The notes under the pieces are model-generated. The model ran no database searches and was not told the DNA's origin. It saw nothing but the letters and a program-made list of their open reading frames with translations. A stretch of 64,000 nucleotides of DNA from Candidatus Heimdallarchaeum endolithica (GTDB taxonomy: Archaea; Asgardarchaeota; Heimdallarchaeia; Heimdallarchaeales; Heimdallarchaeaceae), in NCBI GenBank assembly GCA_021513715.1, contig CP084167.1:2976001-3040000 (forward strand), read 5' to 3'. The stretch's first letter is position 1. Every line of letters begins with the position of its first letter. A program made the position numbers and the translations under genes. Positions 29,921 through 41,200 of the stretch are shown in pieces.

Positions 29921-30247
29921 TCATAAACCCCACTGTTTTTTTCCTTCAGTAGATGTTAATAATAAGCCAATTGCAATCAAAGCTATTGCAGTGAAAAAGA
30001 ACAAACCATCAAAAAGATCAAACCAATCACTTAAAGTTTCAAAATCAAATGTATCAAGAATATCAAACAAGCTGTGTAAAATTCCGCAAAATAATCCAGT
30101 TTGTATAATAATCCAACTCTTTGTACGAGGAATTTTTGGATAATTTTTGCTTAATATTGAAGTCATGAAAAATGCAGTTGTAAAGCCTAAAAATGAAATT
30201 ATTTCAATTACAAACAAATAAATGTCTGGAGTTTCAAATATCGCCAT
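29921..30247 (-). CDS. 3-TM membrane protein, probable paralog of 29563-29919
   Basis: Likely ATG at 30247; TM1-K.(Y/F)P, TM2 ending SLFDILD vs SLMNAYD. Confidence 0.65.
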   Translation of the reverse strand: MAIFETPDIYLFVIEIISFLGFTTAFFMTSILSKNYPKIPRTKSWIIIQTGLFCGILHSLFDILDTFDFETLSDWFDLFDGLFFFTAIALIAIGLLLTSTEGKKQWGL

Positions 30248-30408
30248 CAAACAGAAAGCTTTTTGCTTATTTTTAAGATTTTTGGGTTTAAAAAATAATT
30301 TCAATTAATGAAAAGCTAAGTTTGTGAGTTCTTACTTATAGATCTTGTTTAACAATATAATTTCATTCAAGGAAATAGTTTAAAACAAGCGAATTATTTT
30401 TAGATTCA

Positions 30409-31077
30409 ATGCAAAAAGACTTGTATTTAACAGAAGACAATAGAAAAGAAAAGAATGCTCAATGGATAGAAGAATGTAGGAAATATAAAAATACTGAACC
30501 TTTTGCTTTTGATTTAAAAAAAGCAGCTTTAGTGGTTCTTGATATGCAAAAAGTTTTTCTCCGAGAAGATTCACACGCTTTTATACCTTCAGGTGCTACT
30601 ATTGTCCCCATCATTAATAAATTAGTAGCCAAATTCAATGAGTATAAACGACCTATTATTTTTTCGAGACACATTTTCCCAGAGAATAAAGAAACTCTTT
30701 TGTACAAAATTTGGAGAAATTCAATAGATCTGAACCAAGAAGAATCAGAATTAATTGAAGAAGTAAAAAGTGGAGGAATTATTCTAATAAAAAGAAACTA
30801 TAGTGCGTTTAAGAAAACTAATTTAGAGACGATTTTAAGAAAAAATAAAGTTAAACAAGTAGTTGTAACTGGATTAATGAGTCATCTTTGCTGTGATACA
30901 ACAACAAGGGATGCCTTTATGATGGGATATGAACCATTCTTTGTAGTTGATGCTACAGCGACCTATAATGAAACTTTACATTTAGGAACATTAAGAGCAT
31001 TATCTCATGGGTTTTCTGTACCTATTGTTTCGGAGGAGATAATTAATTGGAAAGAAAATCCAAAAGAAGAGAAGTAA
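30409..31077 (+). CDS. Isochorismatase-family cysteine hydrolase
   Basis: VVLDMQ (D), IKRNYSAF (K), SHLCCDTTTRDAF (C). Confidence 0.88.
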   Translation: MQKDLYLTEDNRKEKNAQWIEECRKYKNTEPFAFDLKKAALVVLDMQKVFLREDSHAFIPSGATIVPIINKLVAKFNEYKRPIIFSRHIFPENKETLLYKIWRNSIDLNQEESELIEEVKSGGIILIKRNYSAFKKTNLETILRKNKVKQVVVTGLMSHLCCDTTTRDAFMMGYEPFFVVDATATYNETLHLGTLRALSHGFSVPIVSEEIINWKENPKEEK

Positions 31078-31946
31078 TACTGGTTGGAGGAGGACCTGCT
31101 TGTTGCTCTGCTGCAATTCAGCTAGTGAGAAGTAATAAAAATATTTTATTGATTACGAAAGAAATTGGTGGTCTAGTAAAGAATGCTAATTTAGTAGAAA
31201 ATTTACTAGGTTTCTCTAAAGGAATCAGAGGAGAAGAATATGTTTCTATGATGAAAGAGCAATTAAAGGAAACCAAAGTTCCTGTAGTTATAGATGAAGT
31301 GAAAAAAGTAAAGAAAATAGAAGATCACTTTGTCATAACAACTTCAAATGAAGAATTTTTCTCTGATTATGTAATTATAGGTTCAGGGACAATTCCTAGA
31401 AAACTACAAATCCAAGGAGAAAAGAAGGCATATCAAAATAGAAAATTGTTTTATGATGTTTATGAAGCGAAAGCGTATCTAGAAAAAAACGACGATGTGA
31501 TTATTGTTGGTGGAGGAGACGCAGCTTATGATTATGCTTTAAACATATCAGATCAAGTTAAACAAATTAGAATTTTACAAAGATCAGAGAAAGCAAAATG
31601 TTTACCTTTGTTGTTAAATAGAGTCAGAAAAAAGAAATATATACAAATTATAAAAAACTTTACTCCTTCAGAAATCAGTTTTTATTCCAATAAATTAGTA
31701 TTGTCTGTAAAAAGATCTCCAAAAAAATTTGTGGATTTACTCACTGATAAGATATTGGTAGCTATAGGCCGAATTCCTAATATATTTTTTATTGAAGAAG
31801 GTTTATTAACATCTGATAATTTACAAAGCACAAATCCAAGATTAGTTCTGATTGGTGACGTCAAAAATAAGCGATTTAGACAAATTTCAATAGCAATTGG
31901 AGATGGACTTAAGGAAGCAATGAAAATAATTGAAGAGAATGAGTGA
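31047..31946 (+). CDS. Thioredoxin-reductase-like FAD/NAD(P)H oxidoreductase lacking CxxC
   Basis: VGGGPA, VGGGDAA, VAIGRIPN, IGDV...QISIAIGDG; KLFYDVY where TrxB has CxxC. Confidence 0.8.
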   Translation: MERKSKRREVILVGGGPACCSAAIQLVRSNKNILLITKEIGGLVKNANLVENLLGFSKGIRGEEYVSMMKEQLKETKVPVVIDEVKKVKKIEDHFVITTSNEEFFSDYVIIGSGTIPRKLQIQGEKKAYQNRKLFYDVYEAKAYLEKNDDVIIVGGGDAAYDYALNISDQVKQIRILQRSEKAKCLPLLLNRVRKKKYIQIIKNFTPSEISFYSNKLVLSVKRSPKKFVDLLTDKILVAIGRIPNIFFIEEGLLTSDNLQSTNPRLVLIGDVKNKRFRQISIAIGDGLKEAMKIIEENE

Positions 31947-31950
31947 TAAA

Positions 31951-32898
31951 ATGGAAATAGTGGGAAAGTATGGAAAGGATGATTTAGCTATTTTATATAT
32001 AGCAAAAATGGATAATGGACAGATTCTAGAGTTTGTAGAAAGTACCCCACCTCCTATTCCCAGAGAAAAAAAATGGGTCTTAATAATCTCAACAATGTTT
32101 GGTTGTCCAATTCAATGCTTAATGTGTGATGCTGGAGAGTATTATAATGGAAACGTTTCAAAAGAGCAAATGCTAGAGGAAATTGATTTCTTAATAAAGA
32201 GTAGATTTTCAGATATAAAGTACATAGATGTTCCTAAATTTAAAATTCAATTTGCTAGAATGGGAGAACCTACTTTAAATGATGATGTACTTGAGGTAAT
32301 AAGAGAACTTCCTTCAATCTATGATGCTCCTGGTCTTATGCCTTGTATTAGTACAGTCGCTCCGAGAACAGCAAGAGAGTTTATGGAAAGATTGTTGGTT
32401 ATAAAAGACCAATTATACTCAAATGGAAAGTTCCAGCTCCAATTTTCAATTCACTCTACAAATGAAGAAATAAGAAAAGAAATTATGACATCAAATATTT
32501 GGACATTAGAAGAAATCGCAGAGTATGGACAACGTTGGTTTAAAGAAGGAGATAGGAAAATTACATTGAACTTTGCAGTTGTTAAAAATTATGAGATAGA
32601 CCCTGTTACTTTAAGAAGAATTTTTGATCCAGAAAAGTATATTATCAAAATAACTCCTATCAACCCAACCAATAAAGCACTAGAAAATAATCTTGAATCA
32701 GCAATAAATGAGGAAAATGAACATTATTTTCCACTTGTTGAGGAGTTGAAAAAACTAGGTTTTGAAACATTTATTAGTATTGGAGAATGGGAAGAAAATA
32801 AAATAGGGACAAACTGTGGTCAATTTGCTACGCGATCAAATAAAGGACAAGTTGAAATAAAAGAGACTTACTTAACTACACAATATAAGTTAAATTAA
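31951..32898 (+). CDS. RlmN/Cfr-like radical SAM protein
   Basis: GCPIQCLMC, FARMGEP, QFSIHS, C-terminal NCGQ; start could be 31939 or 31951. Confidence 0.8.
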   Translation: MEIVGKYGKDDLAILYIAKMDNGQILEFVESTPPPIPREKKWVLIISTMFGCPIQCLMCDAGEYYNGNVSKEQMLEEIDFLIKSRFSDIKYIDVPKFKIQFARMGEPTLNDDVLEVIRELPSIYDAPGLMPCISTVAPRTAREFMERLLVIKDQLYSNGKFQLQFSIHSTNEEIRKEIMTSNIWTLEEIAEYGQRWFKEGDRKITLNFAVVKNYEIDPVTLRRIFDPEKYIIKITPINPTNKALENNLESAINEENEHYFPLVEELKKLGFETFISIGEWEENKIGTNCGQFATRSNKGQVEIKETYLTTQYKLN

Positions 32899-32915
32899 AA
32901 AAAATATAAAAAAGA

Positions 32916-34055
32916 TCATTTTGTAGAAGGCTCTAATTTTTCATATCCCCAATGATCTCTATAGTTTGACCAATATTTATTTACCCTTTCTATCACATCG
33001 TCTGTTATTCTATGTTTATTTGGTTTATATTCTCTTTTTTGTGTTTCTGCATATTTTCTCATATTTTCTCTATATTCTTCTTTTAGCTCTAAACCTAGTT
33101 CAGAATATATTCTGTCTATATGTTTCATTGGTTCTTCAATAAATTCTTCATATTTTAGATGAACAATATTTCCTTCAGGGATTAGTTTGATATCTCGTTC
33201 AAGATGTTCATAAAGTGATTTGTAATTCCGCAAGATATCTAATTTCATTTTTTCATCATCCCAAGTTTGTAAAGTATAAATAGCAAAAACTTCATCAAAG
33301 AATTTGTAAGTACTTGGATAAACCTCATATGGGTTTCTATATGTATGAATAAACTTTGCATTAGGAAACATTTCTAGTATGTGAGGAATACGATAGCTGT
33401 TTGTTGGGTTTTTGAAAATCATTTGTCTTCCTTTATATTTTAGAGTCATCTTCTGAACAAAATAATAGTATACTTTCTTCCATTTTTCTAAATCTTTTGG
33501 TAATCCCTCAAAATTTAAGCAACGAGTATACTGATCAAAATTTCTAGGAAAGATAAATCCATTGTAATAACCATATTTGGACATGGCTCCAATTGAATAT
33601 TCTTCTTCTGTTGGTTCTTCTGCACCCATTGGAACATTATCCATAGGTCGAATATCAGGTAGTGACATATCAATTAAAGCTTTTGTAATTTTGGGAAATG
33701 AAAGAAAGAAATGGGGTGCATAACCTTCTAAATTGGAAACATAACCACGATCTTTATCCATTGCTAACAAAGTCATTAAATAGGTTGTTCCTGTTCTATA
33801 ATGACCAATCACAAAAACTGGGTCTGTTTTTATTTCAGTCTTCTTTATTTTTCTATGGTACAATATTCTCTCTATTATTCTCATTGGAGCAGTTATTGTG
33901 GCTAGCCCCATCGCGTACCAGAATCTTAAATAATATTTTGGATGAATTCTGAATTTATTTTCCAATAACAACCTGAAAATGTTTGTGAAAGACATTCCTG
34001 CTAAAGGTTCTTCTTTACAAATCAACCAAGTTTTCTTGTGTGCCATAAAAATCAC
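32916..34055 (-). CDS. PAPS-dependent sulfotransferase, paralog of 27325-28446
   Basis: GHYRTGTT, RPMDN, KNP, RNPYEVYPS, KYEEF. Confidence 0.88.
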   Translation of the reverse strand: MIFMAHKKTWLICKEEPLAGMSFTNIFRLLLENKFRIHPKYYLRFWYAMGLATITAPMRIIERILYHRKIKKTEIKTDPVFVIGHYRTGTTYLMTLLAMDKDRGYVSNLEGYAPHFFLSFPKITKALIDMSLPDIRPMDNVPMGAEEPTEEEYSIGAMSKYGYYNGFIFPRNFDQYTRCLNFEGLPKDLEKWKKVYYYFVQKMTLKYKGRQMIFKNPTNSYRIPHILEMFPNAKFIHTYRNPYEVYPSTYKFFDEVFAIYTLQTWDDEKMKLDILRNYKSLYEHLERDIKLIPEGNIVHLKYEEFIEEPMKHIDRIYSELGLELKEEYRENMRKYAETQKREYKPNKHRITDDVIERVNKYWSNYRDHWGYEKLEPSTK

Positions 34056-34294
34056 TTTCGTTCTCTAAGTCCTCAACAAATGCACTTGGTTATAAAATTA
34101 ATTCTGAAATGAAACTGAAAGCTAACTTTTTGTCTTTTTTTTTGACGAAATTTACTACTATATAAAAAATAATCTTGTGGTTACATATTTCAAAAGAAAA
34201 ATATGTAATATTGTAGGTAATTAATGATTAAAAGATAAAGATTTTTGTAGCTAGAGAGAATTCTATCATTCTTTATTAAAAATAAAAAGGTAAA

Positions 34295-34657
34295 TCATCT
34301 CTTTTTGGTTGATGCTACAATATAAACTATTCCTGCGATTACGACTATTAATCCTGGGAGACCTATACCAATAATCCCTAGTACTATCAATACAATCCCC
34401 AGTAGTAGGTCTGACAATTTAGAAGAGGGTAGGGCTATAGCAAGTATTCCTAGAACTATTGTTATAACTGCAATAATAAAATCATAGCCTATGAGTTTTA
34501 ATAAAAACCCTTTTGCAATAAGGTCAAGTTCAAGAGTTCCAATATTAAATTGGAGCAAAATATGTAGAATTAAGAAAACTCCTCCCAAAATATATAAAAC
34601 TCCTCCAATGATCGAAAGAGTTTTTCCCCATTTCTCTAATTTAGTTTTTCGAGCCAT
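34295..34657 (-). CDS. Small multi-TM hypothetical protein
   Basis: 120 aa, almost entirely hydrophobic helices. Confidence 0.7.
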   Translation of the reverse strand: MARKTKLEKWGKTLSIIGGVLYILGGVFLILHILLQFNIGTLELDLIAKGFLLKLIGYDFIIAVITIVLGILAIALPSSKLSDLLLGIVLIVLGIIGIGLPGLIVVIAGIVYIVASTKKR

Positions 34658-34699
34658 ATTTTTTTAAAAGTGATTCACTATTTTAGTTTTTCTACAATT

Positions 34700-35071
34700 T
34701 TAACATGTAATATGAAATAAAGCAACAATAGGTTGTTTTTTTTCTAGCGCTAAATTTACTTTTGGTATTATTTTTGGAGTTGTTTCTTCAATGACTTTAA
34801 CTTTAGAATTTTCTAAAATTTTCCTTGTTGTGGCTGGAATAGGCAAAACACCAAATTGCCCTTTTCCAATAAAGAATAATTCCGGTTTATACGATAGTAG
34901 AAATTCAGCTTCTTTTTCGCCAAAACAAGTATGACCTTTTATTTTGTAAGATAGTTCTTTTTTTCTCTTTTGTATAACTAATTCATTATTCTCTAAAACA
35001 ATATAAACATCGTTAGAATATTTTTCCCCATCAATAATAATTTGTCCAAAAGAAGTTTTCTCAATTTTCAA
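34700..35071 (-). CDS. Mth938-like (AAMDC) domain protein
   Basis: FGQIIIDGEKY..D, IGKGQFG, C-terminal FHITC. Confidence 0.85.
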   Translation of the reverse strand: MKIEKTSFGQIIIDGEKYSNDVYIVLENNELVIQKRKKELSYKIKGHTCFGEKEAEFLLSYKPELFFIGKGQFGVLPIPATTRKILENSKVKVIEETTPKIIPKVNLALEKKQPIVALFHITC

Positions 35072-35402
35072 CGAATCACCTCAATTTATTTTGTATTTCT
35101 GCTAATTATCCCAGTTATTTTTAAATATTAATTGTTTTTCATTAAATAATCAACTTAATTTTTGCACAAGGTGATTATACCAATCTTGTTATTTGAAAGT
35201 TCAGAGAGAAAAAAACTATTCTACAGAGCTAGACGAGATACTTGGACACTTTTCCACTGCGGAAACTAGATGAGACAGTAGAGACAATTATCAGTTCAAT
35301 TAGAAAGCCAAATAAATAAACAAATATAATGATTATTTTTCTTTCTTCTTCCTTCCCTCCCTATTGCTAAACTTTAAAATACTTGTACAAAAAAAGTTCT
35401 TT

Positions 35403-36791
35403 ATGAGTAATATTCGAGAAAACTTTGTTATTCTCGCTATTGTTTCTCTAACTTCCTTTACAATTTCTTTCGCTGGGTCATCATTGAATCTTGCTATTCC
35501 AATAATGCAAATTGATCTTCAAGCAGATTCGCCCACAATGAGTTGGTTTGTTACAATCTATATTTTAGCAACAGCTATGTTTCAAATACCTTTTGCTAAA
35601 CTTTCTGACATCTTCGATAGAAAATTAATTTATTTATTAGGACTATTCATTTTTTCTATGTCCTGTGTTGTAATTATTTTTTGTAAAAATATTTCTTTAT
35701 TGCTTTTACTTCGTTTTCTCCAAGGTTTTGGTGGAGCTTTAACATATGCTACTGGAACAGCAATTCTAGCTAATACTTTTTCACCAGAAATTAAAGGAAA
35801 AATATTTGGAATAAATATTTCATCAGTTTATTTTGGGTTGACAACAGGACCAGTAGTTGGAGGATTGATTGTTAGTTATTTTTCTTGGAGAGGGATTTTT
35901 GTTGTAATTTCCTTATTGGGTGTTCTTTCATCAATTCTAATTTTGTTGAAAGTTGACATTAATCTAGAAAAAATTTCTGGTGAAAGGTTTGATTTTTTAG
36001 GAGCTCTATTTTATACACTTACACTTATTGCTCTTCTGTATGGTTTTAGAATACTGCCAAAAACTGTGGGTTACATTCTTATAGGAAGTTCAATTCTTTT
36101 TAGTGTATTCTTTATTTTCTGGGAATCAAAAGTAGCCAATCCCTTAATCCAATTATCTATCTTTAAAAACAACAGATTTTTTACATTTGCTAATTTATCA
36201 TCAATAACTTATTATGCTTCAGTTTCTGCTATAGCTTTTTTAATAAATTTGTTTTTGCAAAATGTAAAAAACTTATCTCCTCAAGTTGTAGGCTTTATTT
36301 TGCTTTCACGTCCTTTATCGCAAGCTCTTGTAGCCCCTTTTGGAGGTTTACTCTCTGATAGGGTTGAACATAGAATTTTAACAACTATAGGAACAATTTT
36401 GGGAGCTTTAAGTTTGTTATTCTTTCTTTTTCTTAATGCTAATACTCCTATATATTTAATTCTTTTAAGTCTAATGTTAGGTGGAATAGGTTTTGGTCTT
36501 TTTTCTTCTCCTAATACCAATTCAATAATGAGTGGAGTGGGAAGAAAATATTATAACACAGCTTCAGCATTAATTGGAACTATGAGAACAATTGGACAAA
36601 CAATATCAATGGGTATAGTCACAATTGTCTTTGCTATTCTGATTGGAAAAGAACAAGTTGGAACTGCTATTTATAATAGTAAATTAATTGAAAGTACTAA
36701 TATTTTATTTACTATATTTCTTGGTATAAGTATAGTAGCTTCAATATTCTCTTTTTTGAGAGGAAAGCAATTTAATGTTCATAATGACTAA
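35403..36791 (+). CDS. MFS transporter (DHA2/EmrB-QacA-like, 14 TM)
   Basis: NLAIP, KLSDIFDRK, RFLQGFGG, GPVVGG...WR.IF, SDR, SPN; likely ATG at 35403. Confidence 0.88.
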   Translation: MSNIRENFVILAIVSLTSFTISFAGSSLNLAIPIMQIDLQADSPTMSWFVTIYILATAMFQIPFAKLSDIFDRKLIYLLGLFIFSMSCVVIIFCKNISLLLLLRFLQGFGGALTYATGTAILANTFSPEIKGKIFGINISSVYFGLTTGPVVGGLIVSYFSWRGIFVVISLLGVLSSILILLKVDINLEKISGERFDFLGALFYTLTLIALLYGFRILPKTVGYILIGSSILFSVFFIFWESKVANPLIQLSIFKNNRFFTFANLSSITYYASVSAIAFLINLFLQNVKNLSPQVVGFILLSRPLSQALVAPFGGLLSDRVEHRILTTIGTILGALSLLFFLFLNANTPIYLILLSLMLGGIGFGLFSSPNTNSIMSGVGRKYYNTASALIGTMRTIGQTISMGIVTIVFAILIGKEQVGTAIYNSKLIESTNILFTIFLGISIVASIFSFLRGKQFNVHND

Positions 36792-36829
36792 TCATTTTTA
36801 AGAAATAATTAAATATCATTAGTTTTTTT

Positions 36830-38269
36830 TTGTTCAACATGACTGGATTTAGAAACTATTTTACTAATATAAAAGAGAATTATAATAAAGCAAAAGAAGG
36901 AGAAGGTTTTTCTTTTCTTTTCACGATTGTAATTGGTTTAGGTTTCTTTACCACTGCAATTACATGGTCGATGTATAATGTTTATATCCCTACCTATTTG
37001 GATGAATACCTGAAATTAAATTGGGGTGAATTGAGTTTTGCTAGTACAATTATCGGTTTTATAATGGTTTTAGATAATATTACTGCAGTTCTTATGCAAC
37101 CTTGGATAGGTCATATTAGTGATCGAATATGGAAAAGATACTCTCCTGGTAAGTGGGGACGAAGAATGCCTTTTATTGTTATAGGAATCCCTCTTGGAGC
37201 ATTGTTTTTTGCAATGTTGGGGTTGTTTGGTACTGATACTTTTAATGGAAATCCTATGACAGGTTTTATACTACTGTTACTAACCATAGGTGGATTTAAT
37301 ATTTCAATGGCATTGTATCGTTCTCCTGTTGTAGCATTAATGCCTGATTTAGTGCCAAAAGAATATCGAAGCAGAGGAAACGGTTTAATCAACTTAATGG
37401 GCGGAGTAGGCGCACTAGTTGCTTTGTTTATTTTACCAATTGTTTATCGAGTAAACCCTTTGTTAGCTTACTTTATTGTAAGTTTAGTGATGATTTTCTG
37501 CTTAGTTATCCTATTCTTTACAATAACTGAACCAGAAGTACTCAAAGACAAGGAAGAAAAAGAAGAAGTGAAAATTATTCAAACTTTGAAAGAATTTTTT
37601 TCACAGAAAGATAAAAGCATGATTTTTATCTTATTTGCTATTTTCGCTTGGTTCTTAGGTTATAATATCATCGAAACGTTTTTTTCGTTGTACGGTGTTA
37701 ATATCCTTCAGATAGAGAAAGAAGATGCTAGCACTATTTTGGGGGTATTAGCTTTAATGTTCATTCTCTCCTCTGTACCTGCTGGTTTTATTGCAAAGAA
37801 GATTGGAAGAAAAAGAACAATCTTAGTAGGATTAGCAATAATTTTAGTGGCTTTGGTTGTTGCTGCGATTTTTTCTGTATTAGCAATCCCAAGTTTACAA
37901 GCTCGAACAACATTCTTGGGAATGGATGTTCCTTATACAGCTTTTATTATCCTAGGTTGCTTTTTCTTCAGCGGTATAGGCTGGGCTTTTGTAAATATCA
38001 ATAGTATTGTTATTGTTTGGACTTTAGCTGGGAAAGAGCGAGTAGGAGCAGGAACAGGAGTGTATTACTTCTTCTCTGCTTCAGCTGCAATAATTGGACC
38101 AGTTCTAATAGGCGGAATATTCGACTTAATTAGGTACATATTTGGTCTTCCAGCAGGATTACAATATAAAACTTTATTCTTCTTCTCATCCTTCTTCTAT
38201 TTAGTAGCATTTGTTCTCACTCTTTTCGTTAAAACTACTGGAGTAGAAGGAGAAAAAGAAGAGGAGTAA
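36830..38269 (+). CDS. MFS transporter (GPH/SLC45-like sugar transporter)
   Basis: QPWIGHISDR...WGRRMPF, ALMPDLVP, KIGRKR. Confidence 0.85.
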   Translation: MFNMTGFRNYFTNIKENYNKAKEGEGFSFLFTIVIGLGFFTTAITWSMYNVYIPTYLDEYLKLNWGELSFASTIIGFIMVLDNITAVLMQPWIGHISDRIWKRYSPGKWGRRMPFIVIGIPLGALFFAMLGLFGTDTFNGNPMTGFILLLLTIGGFNISMALYRSPVVALMPDLVPKEYRSRGNGLINLMGGVGALVALFILPIVYRVNPLLAYFIVSLVMIFCLVILFFTITEPEVLKDKEEKEEVKIIQTLKEFFSQKDKSMIFILFAIFAWFLGYNIIETFFSLYGVNILQIEKEDASTILGVLALMFILSSVPAGFIAKKIGRKRTILVGLAIILVALVVAAIFSVLAIPSLQARTTFLGMDVPYTAFIILGCFFFSGIGWAFVNINSIVIVWTLAGKERVGAGTGVYYFFSASAAIIGPVLIGGIFDLIRYIFGLPAGLQYKTLFFFSSFFYLVAFVLTLFVKTTGVEGEKEEE

Positions 38270-38283
38270 ATTAATCCTTTTTT

Positions 38284-41200
38284 TTATTCTTTTGAAGAAG
38301 AAGGAAGAAAAACCATTCCTTCTTTTCTTTTTGCATCTACTCTTACTATTAAAGGTACTTCTGTTTGAACATGGACAACATATTTTTTCTCTTCAACAAT
38401 TTTCTGTTCTCTTAACCACCCCCAATTTATGACATGTTTTTCCAGATTGTGCTTTATGTATAGGTAACCTAAATTGCCTGCAACGATAGAAGAGAAAAAG
38501 TGACTTCCTTGACTAAAATCTACACTGAAATCTGCTGTTGAAGCTTCGACAATAGCTATTGCTCCGTTAATATTGGTCCATTTGACAGGAATTCCTAGAA
38601 ATCTATCTGCCGTTCCCCATCGACCAAAACCAATTAAGATATAAGGTAAGTTTTTATCACTTAAAATAGCATTTAACTCATCTATTTCTTGAACAATCTC
38701 AAGTGTCTTTGTTTTATCAAAGGTTTCTGGTCTAACAAAAACGATATCATTGATGTCTTTTCTTATTAAGTTACCACTAACTGTGTTTGAGAAAAGAATA
38801 ATTTTATCTTTTTGTATCATAGAATAATCCTCAAATTCTAGTTCTTCTTGTAATAGAAAAGGTCGAATTTGAAGCATGTAGAATTGATCTCTTTCTTCTT
38901 TATTAGATCTGAAATTACCTGCAAATTCTATTTCAATTGAAGAACCCATAGCTTTTTCTCCAATTTCCATCATTGTATTAACTATCTCAGCTAGAGGAAA
39001 TATCTCTAGTTTTAATTGTTGATTAAAAGTTATAACAGGAGAACCTTTTTGATAATATCCTGTCCTTAATGTTTCAGAATTAAAGTCATATGTATCTGCT
39101 ATCTTAGTCAGTGTTCCATCTTTTATTGCATGAGTTAAATTATACTTTTTCACATAAGGGTCTGTAGTTTCAATATCAAATTCATCTTTTTCAATATCTA
39201 TAGCATAGAATGAGTTTTGACTTTGGTTAAGAAGCTCTTTAATATCTGCATAATAGTTCACTTTTGGATATTTGGGACTGAATCGGATTGATTGTCCTCC
39301 TTCTACAACATATCTTCCTAAACCCAAAGCCACACTAGCTATCCTATCCTCTGATTTCATATAATGACCTATAGGATAAAAATTGAAGGAGGACGCTGTT
39401 CCACTAAAATTGGGATAGTATCTCCCATCGTATCGTTTTCCCACGACCTCTTGTATAACAACAGCCATTTTAGACTGCTCTACAGTCATATCAATTAACT
39501 CTGCATATGTTCTTGCAAGTTTCAAAAAGGGTGACGCGTAGACTAATTTTATTGCTGTACATAGTTGATTTAAACGTTTTTTATTATCTGGATTATTATT
39601 AGGTAACATATATGTTTCAAAAATTCCAGCAAAAGGCTGATAAGCTGAATCTTCCAACAAGCTTGAAGAACGAATAGCTAAAGGCTTTTTAAGGTCTTTA
39701 AGTAAGAACTGTAAATCCTCTCTCAAACTAGAAGATAATTTAGCTTTAACGAACTTTTCTTTTATTTGTTTATCTGTAACATTTGGTTTGTGAGCAAATT
39801 CATATAAATTGTTATCAGACATGAATTTATCAAATTCATCAGTTCCTATGACAATTGTTTTAGGTATAGTAATCGTCACATCAGGAAACAAATCTTGAAG
39901 TTTAAAAGAATGGATTAAAAACATTAAAAATGCTACCCCTCTCCCCTTTCCTCCTAATGATCCTGGACGTAATCTTAAAAAAAGTATTTCTGGGTGATAA
40001 CTATCCTTGTTAAAATCATTTACTATTCCTTTAGTTTTCTCAACAACTATTCTTCGAAAATTATCCAATAAAAATTTTCTTAATTCTTCGTTAGTGAACT
40101 CTGAAACCTTTCTTGGTTTAAGCGCTTCTGCTACGTCAAATTCTCCTCTTGCGTTTAACCATCCTGAAAAATGGTCATTTTTTCCGTGATATTTTAACGA
40201 TTCATATGGAATTACTTTTAGCTGTTCATAAAAATCAATAATGTCTTTTGCTTTTCCTAATTCTTTGCCTTTTTCATCGCGAAAAATAAAATCACCAAAA
40301 CCTACACGCTCTAGTAACCATTTGTTTAGAGCGCTTATTATTTCATGACTCCCTTTGTAAATGAAAAAACACGCTAATTCATCTGCGATCTTTTGATATT
40401 CCTTCTTTGAAGATTGTAAAATAACTGGAAGGTTTTTAGTTTCTTTCTTTATCATCTTTATAAAATTAATACCTGCGTTTTTGTCTAAAACACCATTTCT
40501 AGGAAATTCAACATCAGTAATTACTCCTAAAACATTATCCTTATACTTTGAAAAATACTCTACTGCTTCCTCATAAGTTTCTGCAAGTAATATTTTAGGC
40601 CGTATCCTCATTTTAAGTAGGTCAAGATAATCGTTTGAACCTTCTAGTATTAATCTATGAGTTTGTTTCATTATTTCTCCATAAAGTTCTGGAAGAAGTA
40701 ATGAGTAGTGACGTATAGAATCTTCAACGAAAATAAAAACTCTAACATTTGCTATTTTAATATCGTTGTCAATATTAAATTTATCTTCTAAATGTTTAAC
40801 AATTGCCACAAATAACTTTGAATCTCCATTCCAAACAAAAATACGGTCAACATATTTTCTTTTAGATTTTTCAGGTAAATATTTGATCTCTACAATACTA
40901 TTTAGAAGAAGGACAACAGGAATATTTTTAATATTTTTCACTTTTTCTCCAAAAGAAAAGGGATTAATATCTCCCACACGACTCATAGTTATTACTAAAT
41001 CAAAATCCTCTTTTTTTATTAATTCTAAAGCCTCTGAAGCTAAAGAAACTCTTGTTATTCTCGGGAGTGTTCTTAAATTGAGATTGCGAAATTCTTCATA
41101 AACTTGGTCTGATAATCTTCCGTCTTCTTCTAAGAGGAAACTATCATAAATGGAACTTACTATTAATATATTCTTCATTCTTATTTTCATTAATTCATGA

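Noticed and set aside
35225-35295. Imperfect direct repeat CTAGA(C/T)GAGA and resemblance to the IS6 TIR
   Set aside because: Too short and degenerate to support a feature.
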